Notes: generated from the letters alone by a model not told the origin. A stretch of 61,827 nt of DNA from Longimicrobiales bacterium (GCA_965197725.1 CBDANQ010000031.1:1-61827); one strand, 5' to 3'; shown: positions 29,391 to 40,331, numbered from the stretch's first letter. Numbers and translations are program-made.

Positions 29391-30373
29391 CCGACAGCGG
29401 AGCGGGACGTGGCGGGACGACCCCGGGGTCGCGAGCGGAGCGAAGGGATAGGGTCGGCTTCCACGAGCCGGTGCTCAGCAATGCGGTACTGCGGTTCCTC
29501 AGCCCCGGGGGCGAGCAGCTCTACTTGGATGGGACCGTCGGTGGGGGAGGGCATGCACGGTGGATCTTGGAGGAGTGTCGCGGTTGCCGGGTTCTGGCCG
29601 TGGACCGCGATCCGGAGGCACTCGAAGCGGCGCGGGCGGCGCTCGGCGAGTACAGCGACCGAGTGCGCTTCCTGCACAGCCGCTTCGACCGCGCTCTGGC
29701 GGACATCGAGGTCCGCGACCGTGGCCTGGACGGTGCCTTGCTCGACCTCGGCGTGAGTTCCCATCAGCTCGATGAAGAAGACCGGGGATTCGCCTTCCGC
29801 GGCGGTGTGGCACTGGATATGCGAATGGATACGACGGAGGGGAACGACGCCGCTCTCTTGCTGGCCTCGGCCAGCGAGGACCAGCTCGTGTCGGTGTTCC
29901 GTGACTACGGCGAGGAGCCTAGGGCACGGGGATTGGCGCGGGAGATCCTGAAGCGTCGTGCGTCCGCTCCGCTGGAGACGAGTGACGATCTGGTCGCGGC
30001 GCTGTCCGTGACGTTGCGGCGCTCCCCTTCTCAGCAGGACAAAGCCCGGATTTTCCAGGCTGTCCGGATTGCCGTAAACGAGGAGCTGGAGTCATTGGAG
30101 ATGGGGCTACCCGCCATTCGGGAAGCGTTGAACGATCGAGCCATCTTGGTCGTGATCGCCTACCACTCACTTGAGGACCGGGTTGTGAAGAACGCGTTCC
30201 GCGAGTGGAGCAAGGCGTGTATCTGCCCCCCAGAGCTTCCGCTGTGCACCTGCCGGGGCGTGCCGTTGGGTGAGACACTCACGCCGAGGCCGGTACGCCC
30301 GGACCGAGACGAGATCGGGCGAAACCCGCGTGCGCGCAGCGCTCGGCTGAGAGCCTGGCGGAGGGCCGCCTGA
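29387..30373 (+). CDS. rsmH: 16S rRNA m4C1402 methyltransferase
   Basis: HEPVL, DGTVGGGGHA, DLGVSSHQLD, LDMRMD, FQAVRIAVNEE, YHSLEDRVVK, NPRARSARLR. Confidence 0.96.
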   Translation: MTDSGAGRGGTTPGSRAERRDRVGFHEPVLSNAVLRFLSPGGEQLYLDGTVGGGGHARWILEECRGCRVLAVDRDPEALEAARAALGEYSDRVRFLHSRFDRALADIEVRDRGLDGALLDLGVSSHQLDEEDRGFAFRGGVALDMRMDTTEGNDAALLLASASEDQLVSVFRDYGEEPRARGLAREILKRRASAPLETSDDLVAALSVTLRRSPSQQDKARIFQAVRIAVNEELESLEMGLPAIREALNDRAILVVIAYHSLEDRVVKNAFREWSKACICPPELPLCTCRGVPLGETLTPRPVRPDRDEIGRNPRARSARLRAWRRAA

Positions 30374-30666
30374 TGGCCCCGGCCACGCTTGCTCGCGGCG
30401 CGGTGGTCTTCCTCGTCTTCCTCGTCCTCCTCGGTGCGCTCGGGATGGTTACGTGGCGCCAGAGCCGGGCACTGGAATCACTCGCCTTGCTCGACGAGCT
30501 ACACCGCCGGATCTCGGTCGTCGCGGCAGAGCGGGTCGAGCTGGAGCGGGACATCCTGGTGCTCGAGTCCCGGGCGCGCGTGGTGCCCGAGGCGCGAGAA
30601 CGGCTTGGTATGCATATCCCGGAGGGAGTCGAGTTGGTCACGCTCCCGGGAGACTCGAGGCCATGA
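30373..30666 (+). CDS. ftsL: Cell division protein FtsL
   Basis: Single TM plus coiled coil ending ARERLGM; lies between rsmH and ftsI. Confidence 0.8.
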   Translation: MAPATLARGAVVFLVFLVLLGALGMVTWRQSRALESLALLDELHRRISVVAAERVELERDILVLESRARVVPEARERLGMHIPEGVELVTLPGDSRP

Positions 30667-32657
30667 CACCGCAAGACGTGATCGCGCGGCCCAGTCCTTT
30701 ACGGCGAAGAGTTCTGCTCGGCGCCTGGTTCACCGCGGCGGCGATCATCTGCGTGCGCGCGGGCCAGATCCAGGGGGTACAGGCTCAGCAGTGGCGCGCT
30801 CTCGCGGAAGCTCAGCACCGAAAGGACGAAGAAGTCGTTGCGGCACGCGGGAGCGTGCTGGACCGCGACGGCACGCCGCTCGCGGTGTCGCGCGAGCGCT
30901 TCAAGGTCGGCATCGCTCCGAACGAGCTCATGAACGTAGAGGCGGCACGTGCTCTCCTCGTCGACGCGCTTGGGATTTCGTACCGCAAGGCGCGGCAGGT
31001 CACGTCTCCGCAACGGCGCTGGAGCGTCGTCCAGGGTCGCTACCCGCCCGCGGTGCGTGATCAGCTGAACGGTGTCCGCGGCATCTATGTCACGCGCAAG
31101 CTCCAGCGCTACCACCCGCACGGAGACCTCGCGGACGGTGTACTCGGCGTCGTCCTCGACGACACGGGGCGTGGCGGAGTGGAGCAGGCCTTCGAGGACT
31201 TGCTGAGTGGCCGCCCCGGCCAGGAGGTCGTCGCGCGGGACAACGTCGGCCGAGAGATCCCCGGCGAGCGCATTCTCGTCGAGCCGCCACGTCCGGGCGG
31301 TGAGGTCGTGCTCACTCTCGATATGGATCTGCAGGAGATCGGACGAGAGGCTCTGCAGGAAGCGATCGACAATACGGAAGCTCGTGGCGGAGACGTACTG
31401 ATCACGGATCCGCATAGCGGTGAGATCCTCGCGTTCGTCTCGATCCGCGACGGTCAGAGCGCTTCGCTCTCTGCGATCAACACGCCGTTCGAGCCCGGAT
31501 CCACGCTCAAGCCGTTCACGGTTGCCGGCCTCCTCAAGCATGGTGTTGCGTCGCTCCAGGACACGATCGACGTCGGTGATGGGAGCTGGGCCGTCGCGGG
31601 GCGCACACTCGACGAGCGCCAGTCAGGTCGCATGACTGTTTCCGACGCGCTGCGTGTCTCCTCCAACGTGGGGATCGCGATGGCCGCCCAGCCGATGCCG
31701 CCGGGGCGGCAGTACGAGAACCTGCGCGACTTCGGGTTCGGCGGTCTCACGGGCATCGAGATTCCGGGTGAGGTACGGGGTACGCTTCGCCGTCCCGAAG
31801 GGTGGACGGAACAATCTCCGGCGTCGCTGGCGATCGGGTATGAGATCTCCGTCACGTCGCTGCAGATGGCGATGGCGTACGGGGCGCTGGCGAACGGCGG
31901 CCGGCTCATGCAGCCCCGCCTGGTCCGAGAGATCCGCGGCAGCGATGGCACGGTGCTCCAGCGCTTCGGGCCGCGAGTGATCCGCCAGGTCGTCTCCCCG
32001 CAGGTCGCCCGCTCGGTGAGCCGCGTGCTCGAGGACGTGGTCGAAGACGGCACCGGAAAGTCGGCGCGCCTCGGCACCTTCCGTGTCGCCGGCAAGAGCG
32101 GAACGAGCCGTCTCTACTCTCCGGACGTCGGCTATGAGCGCGGGGCGTATTTTTCTTCCTTCGTCGGCTATTTCCCGGCGGAGGACCCGCAGCTCGTGGT
32201 TTTCGTGAAGCTCGAGCGCCCCCAAGGCGCGTACTACGGCGGCGCAGTGGCGGCGCCGGTGACACGTACCACGATGGAGGCCGCGCTCGCCGCCCGAGCG
32301 ACGCACCTCGATCGCGCCGCGTTGCTGCGCGCGGCGCACCCGTCCACGACTCTGCCTGCGCGCCGAGCCGCCTACTTCGCCGCTCTGCCGATCGATCCCC
32401 CCGTGCCGCCGGCCCAGAAGGCGCCGTTCGATGTAGGGCTCGCATTCGACGGACCACCCTCGTCGGGGTCCGCCGTGCCGGTACCGGACGTTTCCGGGCT
32501 CCCTTCACGGATCGCCGTCCGTCGTCTGCACGCGTTGGGGCTGAGGGTTTCCCGAGCGGGGGCCGGAGAGATTCTCGGGACCGAGCCCGCAGCGGGCGCC
32601 CGCGTGGCGCGAGGCGACACGATCCTGCTGAGAATACGAAGAAGGGCTGATGACTGA
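30663..32657 (+). CDS. ftsI: Class B penicillin-binding protein (septal transpeptidase) with C-terminal PASTA-like domain
   Basis: RGSVLDRDG, FEPGSTLK (SxxK), SSNVG (SxN), AGKSGT; VPVPDVSG PASTA start. Confidence 0.92.
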   Translation: MTPQDVIARPSPLRRRVLLGAWFTAAAIICVRAGQIQGVQAQQWRALAEAQHRKDEEVVAARGSVLDRDGTPLAVSRERFKVGIAPNELMNVEAARALLVDALGISYRKARQVTSPQRRWSVVQGRYPPAVRDQLNGVRGIYVTRKLQRYHPHGDLADGVLGVVLDDTGRGGVEQAFEDLLSGRPGQEVVARDNVGREIPGERILVEPPRPGGEVVLTLDMDLQEIGREALQEAIDNTEARGGDVLITDPHSGEILAFVSIRDGQSASLSAINTPFEPGSTLKPFTVAGLLKHGVASLQDTIDVGDGSWAVAGRTLDERQSGRMTVSDALRVSSNVGIAMAAQPMPPGRQYENLRDFGFGGLTGIEIPGEVRGTLRRPEGWTEQSPASLAIGYEISVTSLQMAMAYGALANGGRLMQPRLVREIRGSDGTVLQRFGPRVIRQVVSPQVARSVSRVLEDVVEDGTGKSARLGTFRVAGKSGTSRLYSPDVGYERGAYFSSFVGYFPAEDPQLVVFVKLERPQGAYYGGAVAAPVTRTTMEAALAARATHLDRAALLRAAHPSTTLPARRAAYFAALPIDPPVPPAQKAPFDVGLAFDGPPSSGSAVPVPDVSGLPSRIAVRRLHALGLRVSRAGAGEILGTEPAAGARVARGDTILLRIRRRADD

Positions 32658-34125
32658 GCCCGCACGGACCTTGGACGCGGTGGGCGACGTCCTTCGGTCG
32701 GCCGGCCTCCTTGGGGAGCTGCGCGGCCCAGGGGACGTCACCGTTCTGGGCGTATGCCAGGACTCCCGTGAGGCCCAGCCCGGAGACCTCTTCCTCGCGT
32801 GGAAGGGCGCCTCCACGGACGCGCATGATTTCGTGGCCGACGCGGTCGCGAACGGGGCTGTCGCGGTCGTGGTCGAGCGTCCGGTGGACGTAGACGTTGC
32901 ACAGCTCGTGGTGGCCGACGGTCGTCGCGCGGCCGCGCTGGCTGCGCGTGCGGTTACCGGCGCTCCCGACGAGGGCATGTTCATGGTCGGCGTAACCGGC
33001 ACGAACGGAAAGACGACCACAGCGCTGCTCGTGCGTCATCTGATGGCGGGTCGGGGGCCTGCTGCCGCGATCGGTACGCTGGGCGTGGTCGACGACGAGG
33101 GCGTGTGGCCGGGCACCGAGAGTCTTACTACGCCTGGCCCGGTTCAGGTCGCCGTGTGGCTGTGGAAGCTCGCCAACGGAGGGATGGAGGCCGTCGTGAT
33201 GGAGGCGTCCTCCCACGCCCTCGATCAACGTCGACTGGACGGTGTCGAGCTCGATGTCGGTGTCTTCACCAACCTCACCCAGGACCACCTCGACTACCAC
33301 ACAGACATGGCCGAGTACTTCGGCGCGAAGGCCCGTCTCGTGGAGCTCGTCGCCCCGGACGGGACCCTGGTCGTCAACCGCGACGATCCCGCTTGGGAGG
33401 AGCTCGATGCCAGTGGTCGCGCGCTGCGCACCTTCGCGTTGGATGCCGAGGCCGACGTGAGGGCGGAGTCGATTCGGTTGGGCCCGGACGGATCGAAGTT
33501 CACCCTCGTGATCGATGGGGACCGACGTGAGGTGCGCCTGCCCCTACTCGCGCGTTACAACGTCGAGAACTCGCTTGCGGCGGCGGCGGTCGGTGCCGCT
33601 GCGGGACTCTCGATCGACGAGATCGCCGCGGGACTCGGTACGGTTCCGCAGGTGTCGGGCCGCCTCGAGACGGTGGTGACGCAGCCCTTCTCGGTACTCA
33701 TCGACTTCGCGCACACTCCGGACGCGCTGGACGGGGCCCTCTCTGCGGTGCGCCAGCTCACGACGGGTCGCCTCATCGTCGTCTTCGGTGCCGGCGGCAA
33801 CCGCGACGTCAGCAAGCGTCGTCAGATGGCGGAGGCGGTCGCGCGCGCGGCCGACGTGATCGTTCTGACGTCGGACAATCCGCGGACCGAGGATCCTGAG
33901 CGGATCCTCGACGATCTCGCCGAGGGGCTGCAAGATGGGGCATACGAACGCTTTGCCGACCGACGCGCCGCGATTCGCTTCGCCCTCGAAACGGCGCAGG
34001 ACGGGGACACGGTCGTGCTCGCTGGGAAGGGGCACGAGACGTACCAGGTGCTTGGGACCGAGACGATCCCGTTCGACGAGAGGGTCGTGGTGCGAGAGTG
34101 CCTGGAGGAACTGGGCGTCGCATGA
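32650..34125 (+). CDS. murE: UDP-MurNAc-tripeptide synthetase (meso-DAP-type DNPR motif)
   Basis: GVTGTNGKTT, MEASSHAL, NLTQDHLDYH, DFAHTPDAL, SDNPR, AGKGHE. Confidence 0.96.
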   Translation: MTEPARTLDAVGDVLRSAGLLGELRGPGDVTVLGVCQDSREAQPGDLFLAWKGASTDAHDFVADAVANGAVAVVVERPVDVDVAQLVVADGRRAAALAARAVTGAPDEGMFMVGVTGTNGKTTTALLVRHLMAGRGPAAAIGTLGVVDDEGVWPGTESLTTPGPVQVAVWLWKLANGGMEAVVMEASSHALDQRRLDGVELDVGVFTNLTQDHLDYHTDMAEYFGAKARLVELVAPDGTLVVNRDDPAWEELDASGRALRTFALDAEADVRAESIRLGPDGSKFTLVIDGDRREVRLPLLARYNVENSLAAAAVGAAAGLSIDEIAAGLGTVPQVSGRLETVVTQPFSVLIDFAHTPDALDGALSAVRQLTTGRLIVVFGAGGNRDVSKRRQMAEAVARAADVIVLTSDNPRTEDPERILDDLAEGLQDGAYERFADRRAAIRFALETAQDGDTVVLAGKGHETYQVLGTETIPFDERVVVRECLEELGVA

Positions 34126-35519
34126 GCCGCTTCACCTGGACCGACGGCGCGGTGCGCGAAGCGCTCGGCCTGCGGACGGAGCTCGCGGACGATGGCATGG
34201 CCTACTCCGGTGTTTCGACCGACTCGCGCTCGATCGCCGAAGGAGACCTCTACGTCGCGCTCAGCGGTGAGCATTTCGACGGGCACGACTTCGTTGCCGA
34301 CGCGTTCGCGGGTGGCGCCAGCGGCGCCGTGGTGTCCCGGCCGGTGGCGGCCGAGCTGCGCGAGCAACTATACCCGGTCGAGGACACGCTCATCGCGCTC
34401 GGCGCCTTGGCCGCCTACCGGCGCCAGGCGCTCGACGTTCCGGTAGTCGCGATCACGGGCTCCTCTGGCAAGACGAGCACGAAGGACCTCGCGCGCGCCG
34501 CGGTCGATGGCGGAGCCCGAGTTCACGCGACGTCCGGCAACTTCAACAACCGGATCGGCATGCCGCTCACGCTGCTCGCGACGCCGAGCGAGGTCGATGT
34601 GGTGATTCTCGAGCTCGGCAGCAACGAGCCGGGCGAGATCGCGACGCTCGCGGCGATCGCCCAGCCGGACATCGGCGTCGTCACGACGGTCGGCGAGAGT
34701 CACCTGGAGAAGCTCGGGTCGCTTGAGGGCGTGCTGACGGAGAAGCTCGATCTGCTACGCGCGGTCGCCGGCCGCGGTACCTGCTTGGTTGGCGACGAGC
34801 CGGCGACGCTGGTCGATGGCGCGCGTGCGATCTGCCCCTCGGTGAGGGTCGCTGGGTGGGGTGAGCGCGCCGACCCGGGGCTGCGCGCCGAACAGGTCGA
34901 GGCGGATGTATTCGGAGGCCATCGCTTCCACTGGCACGGCGAGAGCGTCACCCTCGCACTGCCCGGACGACATTCGGTCGCGAACGCCATAATTGCCCTG
35001 GCGATCGCGGAGCTGGTTGGCGTCGCCCCGAAGGACGCAGTGCAGGGTATCGCGAGCGCCGAGCCCGGATCGTTACGCGGTGAGGTCCGACGGATCGGGC
35101 GCCTGACGGTGGTCGTCGACTGCTATAACGCCAATCCGCAAAGCGTTCGGGCGGCGCTCGACCTGTTGCAGGGCCAGTCCGCGGCCTCCCGAACCGTCGC
35201 GGTGCTCGGCACCATGCTCGAGTTGGGAGAGGCCACGGCGCGGCTCCACGAAGAGCTACTCACCTTCGCGCTCGGACTCGACATCGACCTGATCGTGGCG
35301 ACCGGTGCGTTCGCGGCCACCACCGCGGCCACCACGGACGCTGACCGTGTGCTGCGTGCCGACGACTGGCAGAGCGCTTATCCGCCCCTGCGGGAGCGCC
35401 TGGAGGGTGACGAAGTCGTGCTCCTGAAGGCGTCCCGTGGCGTCGCGCTCGAGGACATCTTGCCCTCGCTCGAGCAGGACTTTGGTGCCCAGGCGCCGTC
35501 GGCCACGGCGGAGGCCTGA
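34122..35519 (+). CDS. murF: UDP-MurNAc-tripeptide--D-Ala-D-Ala ligase
   Basis: ITGSSGKTSTK, GNFNNRIGMP, DCYNANP, LGTMLELG, LKASRG. Confidence 0.96.
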   Translation: MSRFTWTDGAVREALGLRTELADDGMAYSGVSTDSRSIAEGDLYVALSGEHFDGHDFVADAFAGGASGAVVSRPVAAELREQLYPVEDTLIALGALAAYRRQALDVPVVAITGSSGKTSTKDLARAAVDGGARVHATSGNFNNRIGMPLTLLATPSEVDVVILELGSNEPGEIATLAAIAQPDIGVVTTVGESHLEKLGSLEGVLTEKLDLLRAVAGRGTCLVGDEPATLVDGARAICPSVRVAGWGERADPGLRAEQVEADVFGGHRFHWHGESVTLALPGRHSVANAIIALAIAELVGVAPKDAVQGIASAEPGSLRGEVRRIGRLTVVVDCYNANPQSVRAALDLLQGQSAASRTVAVLGTMLELGEATARLHEELLTFALGLDIDLIVATGAFAATTAATTDADRVLRADDWQSAYPPLRERLEGDEVVLLKASRGVALEDILPSLEQDFGAQAPSATAEA

Positions 35520-36625
35520 TGCTCTACCACTTCCTACCAGGCCTCTCCGACGTGCACATCGTCTTCAACGTCTTCCGCTATCTCACGTTCCGAGCCGCGG
35601 GCGCCGTCGTGACGTCGCTGCTGATCGCGTTCGTCTTCGGTCCCATGGTGATTCGCCGCCTTCGGCTCGCGAATGTCGGCCAGGTCGTGCGTCAGGTCGG
35701 GCCCGAGGGCCACCTCGCGAAGGCCGGGACCCCCACCATGGGCGGGGTCCTGATCATCCTGTCGGCGGCCGCTTCAACGCTGCTGTGGGCAGACCTGACC
35801 AACGTGTACATCCTGATCGCGCTGGTCTCGCTCCTGTGGATGGGCGCCATCGGCTTCCTGGACGACTACCTCAAAGTGGTCCGGGGGAAGACGAGGGGTC
35901 TGGTCGCCCGGTACAAGATGGTCGGGCAGTGGACATTCGGGCTTGGACTCGGCGTCTTCCTGATCTTGAACCCGATCTCGCCTCATCCATCGACCGCGAC
36001 CTCGGTGCCGTTTTTCTCGGATGTGCAGGCGAATTTCTTTCCGTTCGCCTTCATCGTCTTTTCGGGGTTCGTCGTCTCGGGTACGTCGAACGCGGTGAAC
36101 TTCACGGATGGCCTCGACGGGCTCGCGGCGGGACTCACTGCGATTTCGGCCGTGACGTTCGGGATCTTCGCCTATATCGCGGGCCGTTCCGATTGGGCGA
36201 ACTACCTGGGCTTCTTCGCGCTACCCGGTGCGGGCGAGCTCGCGATCTTCGCGGTCGCGCTCGCAGGTGCCGCGATCGGATTCCTGTGGTTCAATGCCTA
36301 CCCAGCCGAGGTCTTCATGGGTGACACCGGTTCCCTCGCGTTGGGCGGCGCGATCGGGGTCATGGCGATCCTACTCAAGGCTGAGTTCCTGCTCGTGATC
36401 GTCGGCGGCGTCTTCGTCATGGAGATGCTCTCGGTGATCGTGCAGACGAGCTACTTCCGATACACGCGCGCCCGGTTCGGGGAAGGCCGACGCGTCTTCA
36501 GAATGGCCCCCATCCATCACCACTTCGAGAAGCTCGGTTGGCCGGAGCCGAAGGTGGTAACCCGCTTTTGGATTCTCGGAATCCTGTTCGCGATGCTCGC
36601 GTTCGGAACCCTCAAGATCCGGTGA
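35519..36625 (+). CDS. mraY: Phospho-MurNAc-pentapeptide transferase
   Basis: KAGTPTMGG, GFLDDY, NAVNFTDGLDGLA, FMGDTGSL, MAPIHHHFE. Confidence 0.97.
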   Translation: MLYHFLPGLSDVHIVFNVFRYLTFRAAGAVVTSLLIAFVFGPMVIRRLRLANVGQVVRQVGPEGHLAKAGTPTMGGVLIILSAAASTLLWADLTNVYILIALVSLLWMGAIGFLDDYLKVVRGKTRGLVARYKMVGQWTFGLGLGVFLILNPISPHPSTATSVPFFSDVQANFFPFAFIVFSGFVVSGTSNAVNFTDGLDGLAAGLTAISAVTFGIFAYIAGRSDWANYLGFFALPGAGELAIFAVALAGAAIGFLWFNAYPAEVFMGDTGSLALGGAIGVMAILLKAEFLLVIVGGVFVMEMLSVIVQTSYFRYTRARFGEGRRVFRMAPIHHHFEKLGWPEPKVVTRFWILGILFAMLAFGTLKIR

Positions 36626-36662
36626 GTGAGTATGCCGCGGCCAATCGAAACGGAAATGGGGA

Positions 36663-38018
36663 ATGAGCGAATTGAGTGGAGTGAGTGTGTCCATCATCGG
36701 CCTCGGAGCCAGCGGCATCGCCGCGGCCCGGTTGGCCCTCGATAGAGGAGGAGACGTCTATGTCTCGGATTTGCGTACTGAACCCACGGTTGCAGCTCGT
36801 GGAGCCGACCTGCGAACAGCAGGCGCCAGGGTCGAGATGGGAGGACACGACCTCGAGCGTTTGGCGGGAGCCGACCTCGTCGTTGTCAGTCCCGGAATCT
36901 CCGCCGCCGCTCCGGTGCTGCGAGCGCTCTCGGATCGTGGTGTTGGGTGGATCTCCGAGCCTGAGTTCGCCGTTCGGTTCTTCTCTGCACCACTGATCGC
37001 GGTCACGGGAACCAATGGGAAGACGACCACGACGCTTTTGGTGGCGCACCTTATGCAGGCAGCCGGGCTCCGCGCGGCTGCGGGCGGCAATGTGGGCGGC
37101 GGGCTCGCGCCAGCGGCCTCGGAGCTCGCTCTGCGCGACGAGTCTCCAGATTGGTACGTACTGGAAATGAGCTCCTTCCAGCTCGCCGACGTCGACACGT
37201 TCCGGCCGGACATCGGGGTGATCACGAACCTGTCACCCGACCACCTCGACCGGTATGCGAGTCTCGACGCGTACTATGCGGACAAAGCACGGATCCTCAA
37301 CCGCGCCGACGCGAACAGCGTCTGGGTGCTGCCGGCGGGGGACGCCGCGGTCAAGTCTCTGATGGCGGAGACTCCGGGTACTCGCTTCTTCTTCGGTGAG
37401 TTGGACCACCCGGGAACGCACGCCTTCGTCTCCCAGAGCGCGCTTACGCTTCAGACCGAAGGCCAGGCCGATGCCCTGATCTCAACGGAGGAGCTGCCGC
37501 TGCTCGGTCGGCACAACCTGAGCAACGCGCTCGCGGCATCGATCACGGCGCGGCTCGCGGGGGCGAATGCGGAGGGACTGAGAAGTGGCCTGCGCACGGC
37601 GCGCCCGCTCCCTCACCGGCTTGAGCCGGTGGCCGACCGCGACGGCGTGCTCTGGGTCAACGACTCCAAGGCGACCAACGTCGCGGCGACTCGCTCCGCG
37701 CTGCAGAGCCTGGATCGGCCGGTCGTGCTTCTCGTAGGAGGCAAGGACAAGGGAGAGGACTTCTCCCGACTCGTGCCGGACGGCGCGCGCGTGCGCTCGG
37801 TCATCGCCTACGGCGCCGCCGGGTCGCGGATCGTGACTGAACTGTCGGGAAGCGACCTGGTCGCGGGCGGGCTCGAGAGCGCCGTATGCCGCGCCGCCGC
37901 CCTCGCACAGCCTGGCGATGTCGTCCTGCTCTCACCCGCGTGCTCGAGCTTCGACAGTTTCGAGAACTACGAAGAACGAGGACGCCTCTTCACGGCGCTC
38001 GCGAGGGGAGCGGCATGA
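36663..38018 (+). CDS. murD: UDP-MurNAc-L-Ala--D-Glu ligase
   Basis: GLGASG, VTGTNGKTT, EMSSFQL, PDHLDRY, NDSKATN, LSPACSSFD. Confidence 0.96.
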   Translation: MSELSGVSVSIIGLGASGIAAARLALDRGGDVYVSDLRTEPTVAARGADLRTAGARVEMGGHDLERLAGADLVVVSPGISAAAPVLRALSDRGVGWISEPEFAVRFFSAPLIAVTGTNGKTTTTLLVAHLMQAAGLRAAAGGNVGGGLAPAASELALRDESPDWYVLEMSSFQLADVDTFRPDIGVITNLSPDHLDRYASLDAYYADKARILNRADANSVWVLPAGDAAVKSLMAETPGTRFFFGELDHPGTHAFVSQSALTLQTEGQADALISTEELPLLGRHNLSNALAASITARLAGANAEGLRSGLRTARPLPHRLEPVADRDGVLWVNDSKATNVAATRSALQSLDRPVVLLVGGKDKGEDFSRLVPDGARVRSVIAYGAAGSRIVTELSGSDLVAGGLESAVCRAAALAQPGDVVLLSPACSSFDSFENYEERGRLFTALARGAA

Positions 38019-39193
38019 CGGCCCGCCCCATGGACGTCGCGCCCGCCGGCCCCATCCTCCTGCCCGACTCCGGGCTGGGGCGGGGTTGGGAGGGTGCCAC
38101 GCTGATGGGGCTGACCGTGGTACTGCTGTCGTTTGGTCTCGTGATTCTCTACAGCGCTTCGTCGGTTCTGGCGATGCGGGAGGGGCTTCCCGACACGTAT
38201 TTCCTGCTGCGCCAGGCGACCGCCGCAGGAGTGGGGCTGCTCGTACTGATCCTGTGCGCGCTGATGCCCTATCGCTGGTGGCAGCTGTGGTCGTGGCCGT
38301 TGCTGACGGTGAGTGTCGCGACCCTGGTCGTGCTGGTGCTGCCCGGAACCGAAGCGATCGCGCCAGTGATCAAGGGCTCGCGTCGCTGGCTGCAGGTCGG
38401 TGCCGTATCGGGGCAGCCCTCGGAGTTTGCGAAGATCGCCTTCATCGTGTGGACAGCCGCGATGGCGGTGAAGAAGGCACCGCAGTTTCGATCGCTGCGG
38501 AAGGGACTCGCCGGGTTTTTCGTGATATGGTCGCTCGTGCTGATCCCGATCGCGCTGCAGCCCGACCTCTCCACAGCGGTGGTGATCGGGCTGCTCGGCG
38601 TCATGATCGTCTTCGCGGCCGGAGTGCGGGTCTCGCACTTTCTGTTCCTCGGGCTACTGATCGTACCGTTCCTTCACAAGCAGCTCGCCGTGGGCTTCCG
38701 CGCCGACCGGATCGAGGCCTTCCTGAACCCGGCGGTGGATCCCGGCGGCGCGGGCTTCCAGGTCCGTCAATCGCTCGTTGCACTTGGTTCCGGCGGTCTG
38801 ACGGGCGTGGGAATAGGGGAGGGGCGGCAGAAGTTCGGCTTCCTGCCCGAGGCCCACAACGACTTCATCTTCGCCATGATTGGGGAGGAGTGGGGCCTGC
38901 TCGGGGTCGTCTTCCTGGTTGCGCTCTACATGGGCATCGTACTCGTCGGGTTCCGGATCGCGAGCCGGGCGCAGGACCTGTTCGGCGAGCTGCTAGCGCT
39001 CGGTTTCACCAACCTGATCGCGCTCCAAGCCGTGCTGCATATGTCGGTCGGCCTTGGCTTGGTGCCACCGACCGGGCTCTCGTTGCCGCTGGTCTCATGG
39101 GGACGCTCGAACTTGGTGGTTACGCTGGCCGCGATAGGCGTCCTCATTTCTGTGGCCCGTGCAGCTCCGGGCGGAAAGGCGGCCCGTGCATGA
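38015..39193 (+). CDS. ftsW: SEDS peptidoglycan polymerase
   Basis: SRRWL, QPSEFAK, QPDLST, LPEAHNDFIFAMIGEEWG, PTGLSLPLVSWG. Confidence 0.94.
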   Translation: MTARPMDVAPAGPILLPDSGLGRGWEGATLMGLTVVLLSFGLVILYSASSVLAMREGLPDTYFLLRQATAAGVGLLVLILCALMPYRWWQLWSWPLLTVSVATLVVLVLPGTEAIAPVIKGSRRWLQVGAVSGQPSEFAKIAFIVWTAAMAVKKAPQFRSLRKGLAGFFVIWSLVLIPIALQPDLSTAVVIGLLGVMIVFAAGVRVSHFLFLGLLIVPFLHKQLAVGFRADRIEAFLNPAVDPGGAGFQVRQSLVALGSGGLTGVGIGEGRQKFGFLPEAHNDFIFAMIGEEWGLLGVVFLVALYMGIVLVGFRIASRAQDLFGELLALGFTNLIALQAVLHMSVGLGLVPPTGLSLPLVSWGRSNLVVTLAAIGVLISVARAAPGGKAARA

Positions 39194-40331
39194 GGGCCCC
39201 GTGGTCGTCTTCTCGGGCGGCGGGACTGGGGGACATCTCTACCCCGCGCTGGCGATCGCGGACGCACTCCGGGCACGACGCAGCGATGTCCGCGCGGTCT
39301 TCATCGGCGCCACGCGGGGCCTCGAGGCTCGCATCCTTCCGGAGCGGGGCGAGCAGCACTATCTGCTCCCGGTCCGGGGCGTCGATCGCACGAGGCCCTT
39401 ATCGAGCTGGCGTGCCGTCCCGGCCCTGGGCTCGTCGCTTTATACCGTCACGCGGCTCTTTCGCAGCCTGCGCCCGGAGGCCGTCGTGGTGACCGGGGGG
39501 TACGCGGGAACCCCTGCGGGGCTCGTCGCGGGCATGTTGGGCGTGCCGCTGCTGCTGCAAGAGCAGAACTCCGTTCCCGGCTTGGCGACGCGCGCTCTCA
39601 GCCGCTTCGCGGCCACGATCCACGTCGCCTTCCCCGAAGCGATTGGGCGGTTGCCCAGACGCGTGCGGGGCCGGGTGCGTCAGAGTGGCAACCCGGTGCG
39701 GGCCTCTTCACCGCGCAGTCGAGCGGAGGCACGCGGCCTCTTCGACCTGCCCGCCGACGCGCTGGTAGGGCTCGTGACGGGAGGGAGCCAAGGCTCGCTC
39801 GCGCTCAACGAACTGATCCTTCAGGCGATCGGAGGCGTGGTCGGTGGTGCGCTCAGGCGGCCTGAGCGACTTCGGCTTCTCTGGTCCACCGGTTCGAGGC
39901 ACCACGAGGCGGTGGCCGCAAGACTCGCACGATTGGGCGATCCGCCCTGGGTGCATGTGCTCCCCTACATCGAGGACATGCCCTCGGCGCTTGCGGCCGC
40001 GGACCTCGCTGTGAGCAGGTCGGGAGCGATGGCCACGGCGGAACTTCTGAATCAGGGCCTACCGGCGGTGCTGGTTCCGCTACCGACCGCAGCCGCAAAC
40101 CACCAGGCACAGAACGCCATGGCGCTCGCGGAGGCGGGCGCGGCCGTTGTAGTAAGCCAGGCGGGCCTCACCGCTGACCGCTTGTGGGCCGAGGTGGTGC
40201 GCCTGGTCGAGGATGAAGCGTCTCTCGCCCGCATGCGCAGGGCAGCGCTGGGTCGCGCGCGGCCCAGCGCTGCCAGCGAGATCGCGGCCGATGTCGAGGG
40301 GCTCCTCACTACGCGGGCAGGCATTCGATGA
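39186..40331 (+). CDS. murG: Lipid I GlcNAc transferase
   Basis: GGGTGGHLYP, GGYA, EQNSVPG, GNPVR, GGSQGS, HQAQNA. Confidence 0.96.
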   Translation: MHEGPVVVFSGGGTGGHLYPALAIADALRARRSDVRAVFIGATRGLEARILPERGEQHYLLPVRGVDRTRPLSSWRAVPALGSSLYTVTRLFRSLRPEAVVVTGGYAGTPAGLVAGMLGVPLLLQEQNSVPGLATRALSRFAATIHVAFPEAIGRLPRRVRGRVRQSGNPVRASSPRSRAEARGLFDLPADALVGLVTGGSQGSLALNELILQAIGGVVGGALRRPERLRLLWSTGSRHHEAVAARLARLGDPPWVHVLPYIEDMPSALAAADLAVSRSGAMATAELLNQGLPAVLVPLPTAAANHQAQNAMALAEAGAAVVVSQAGLTADRLWAEVVRLVEDEASLARMRRAALGRARPSAASEIAADVEGLLTTRAGIR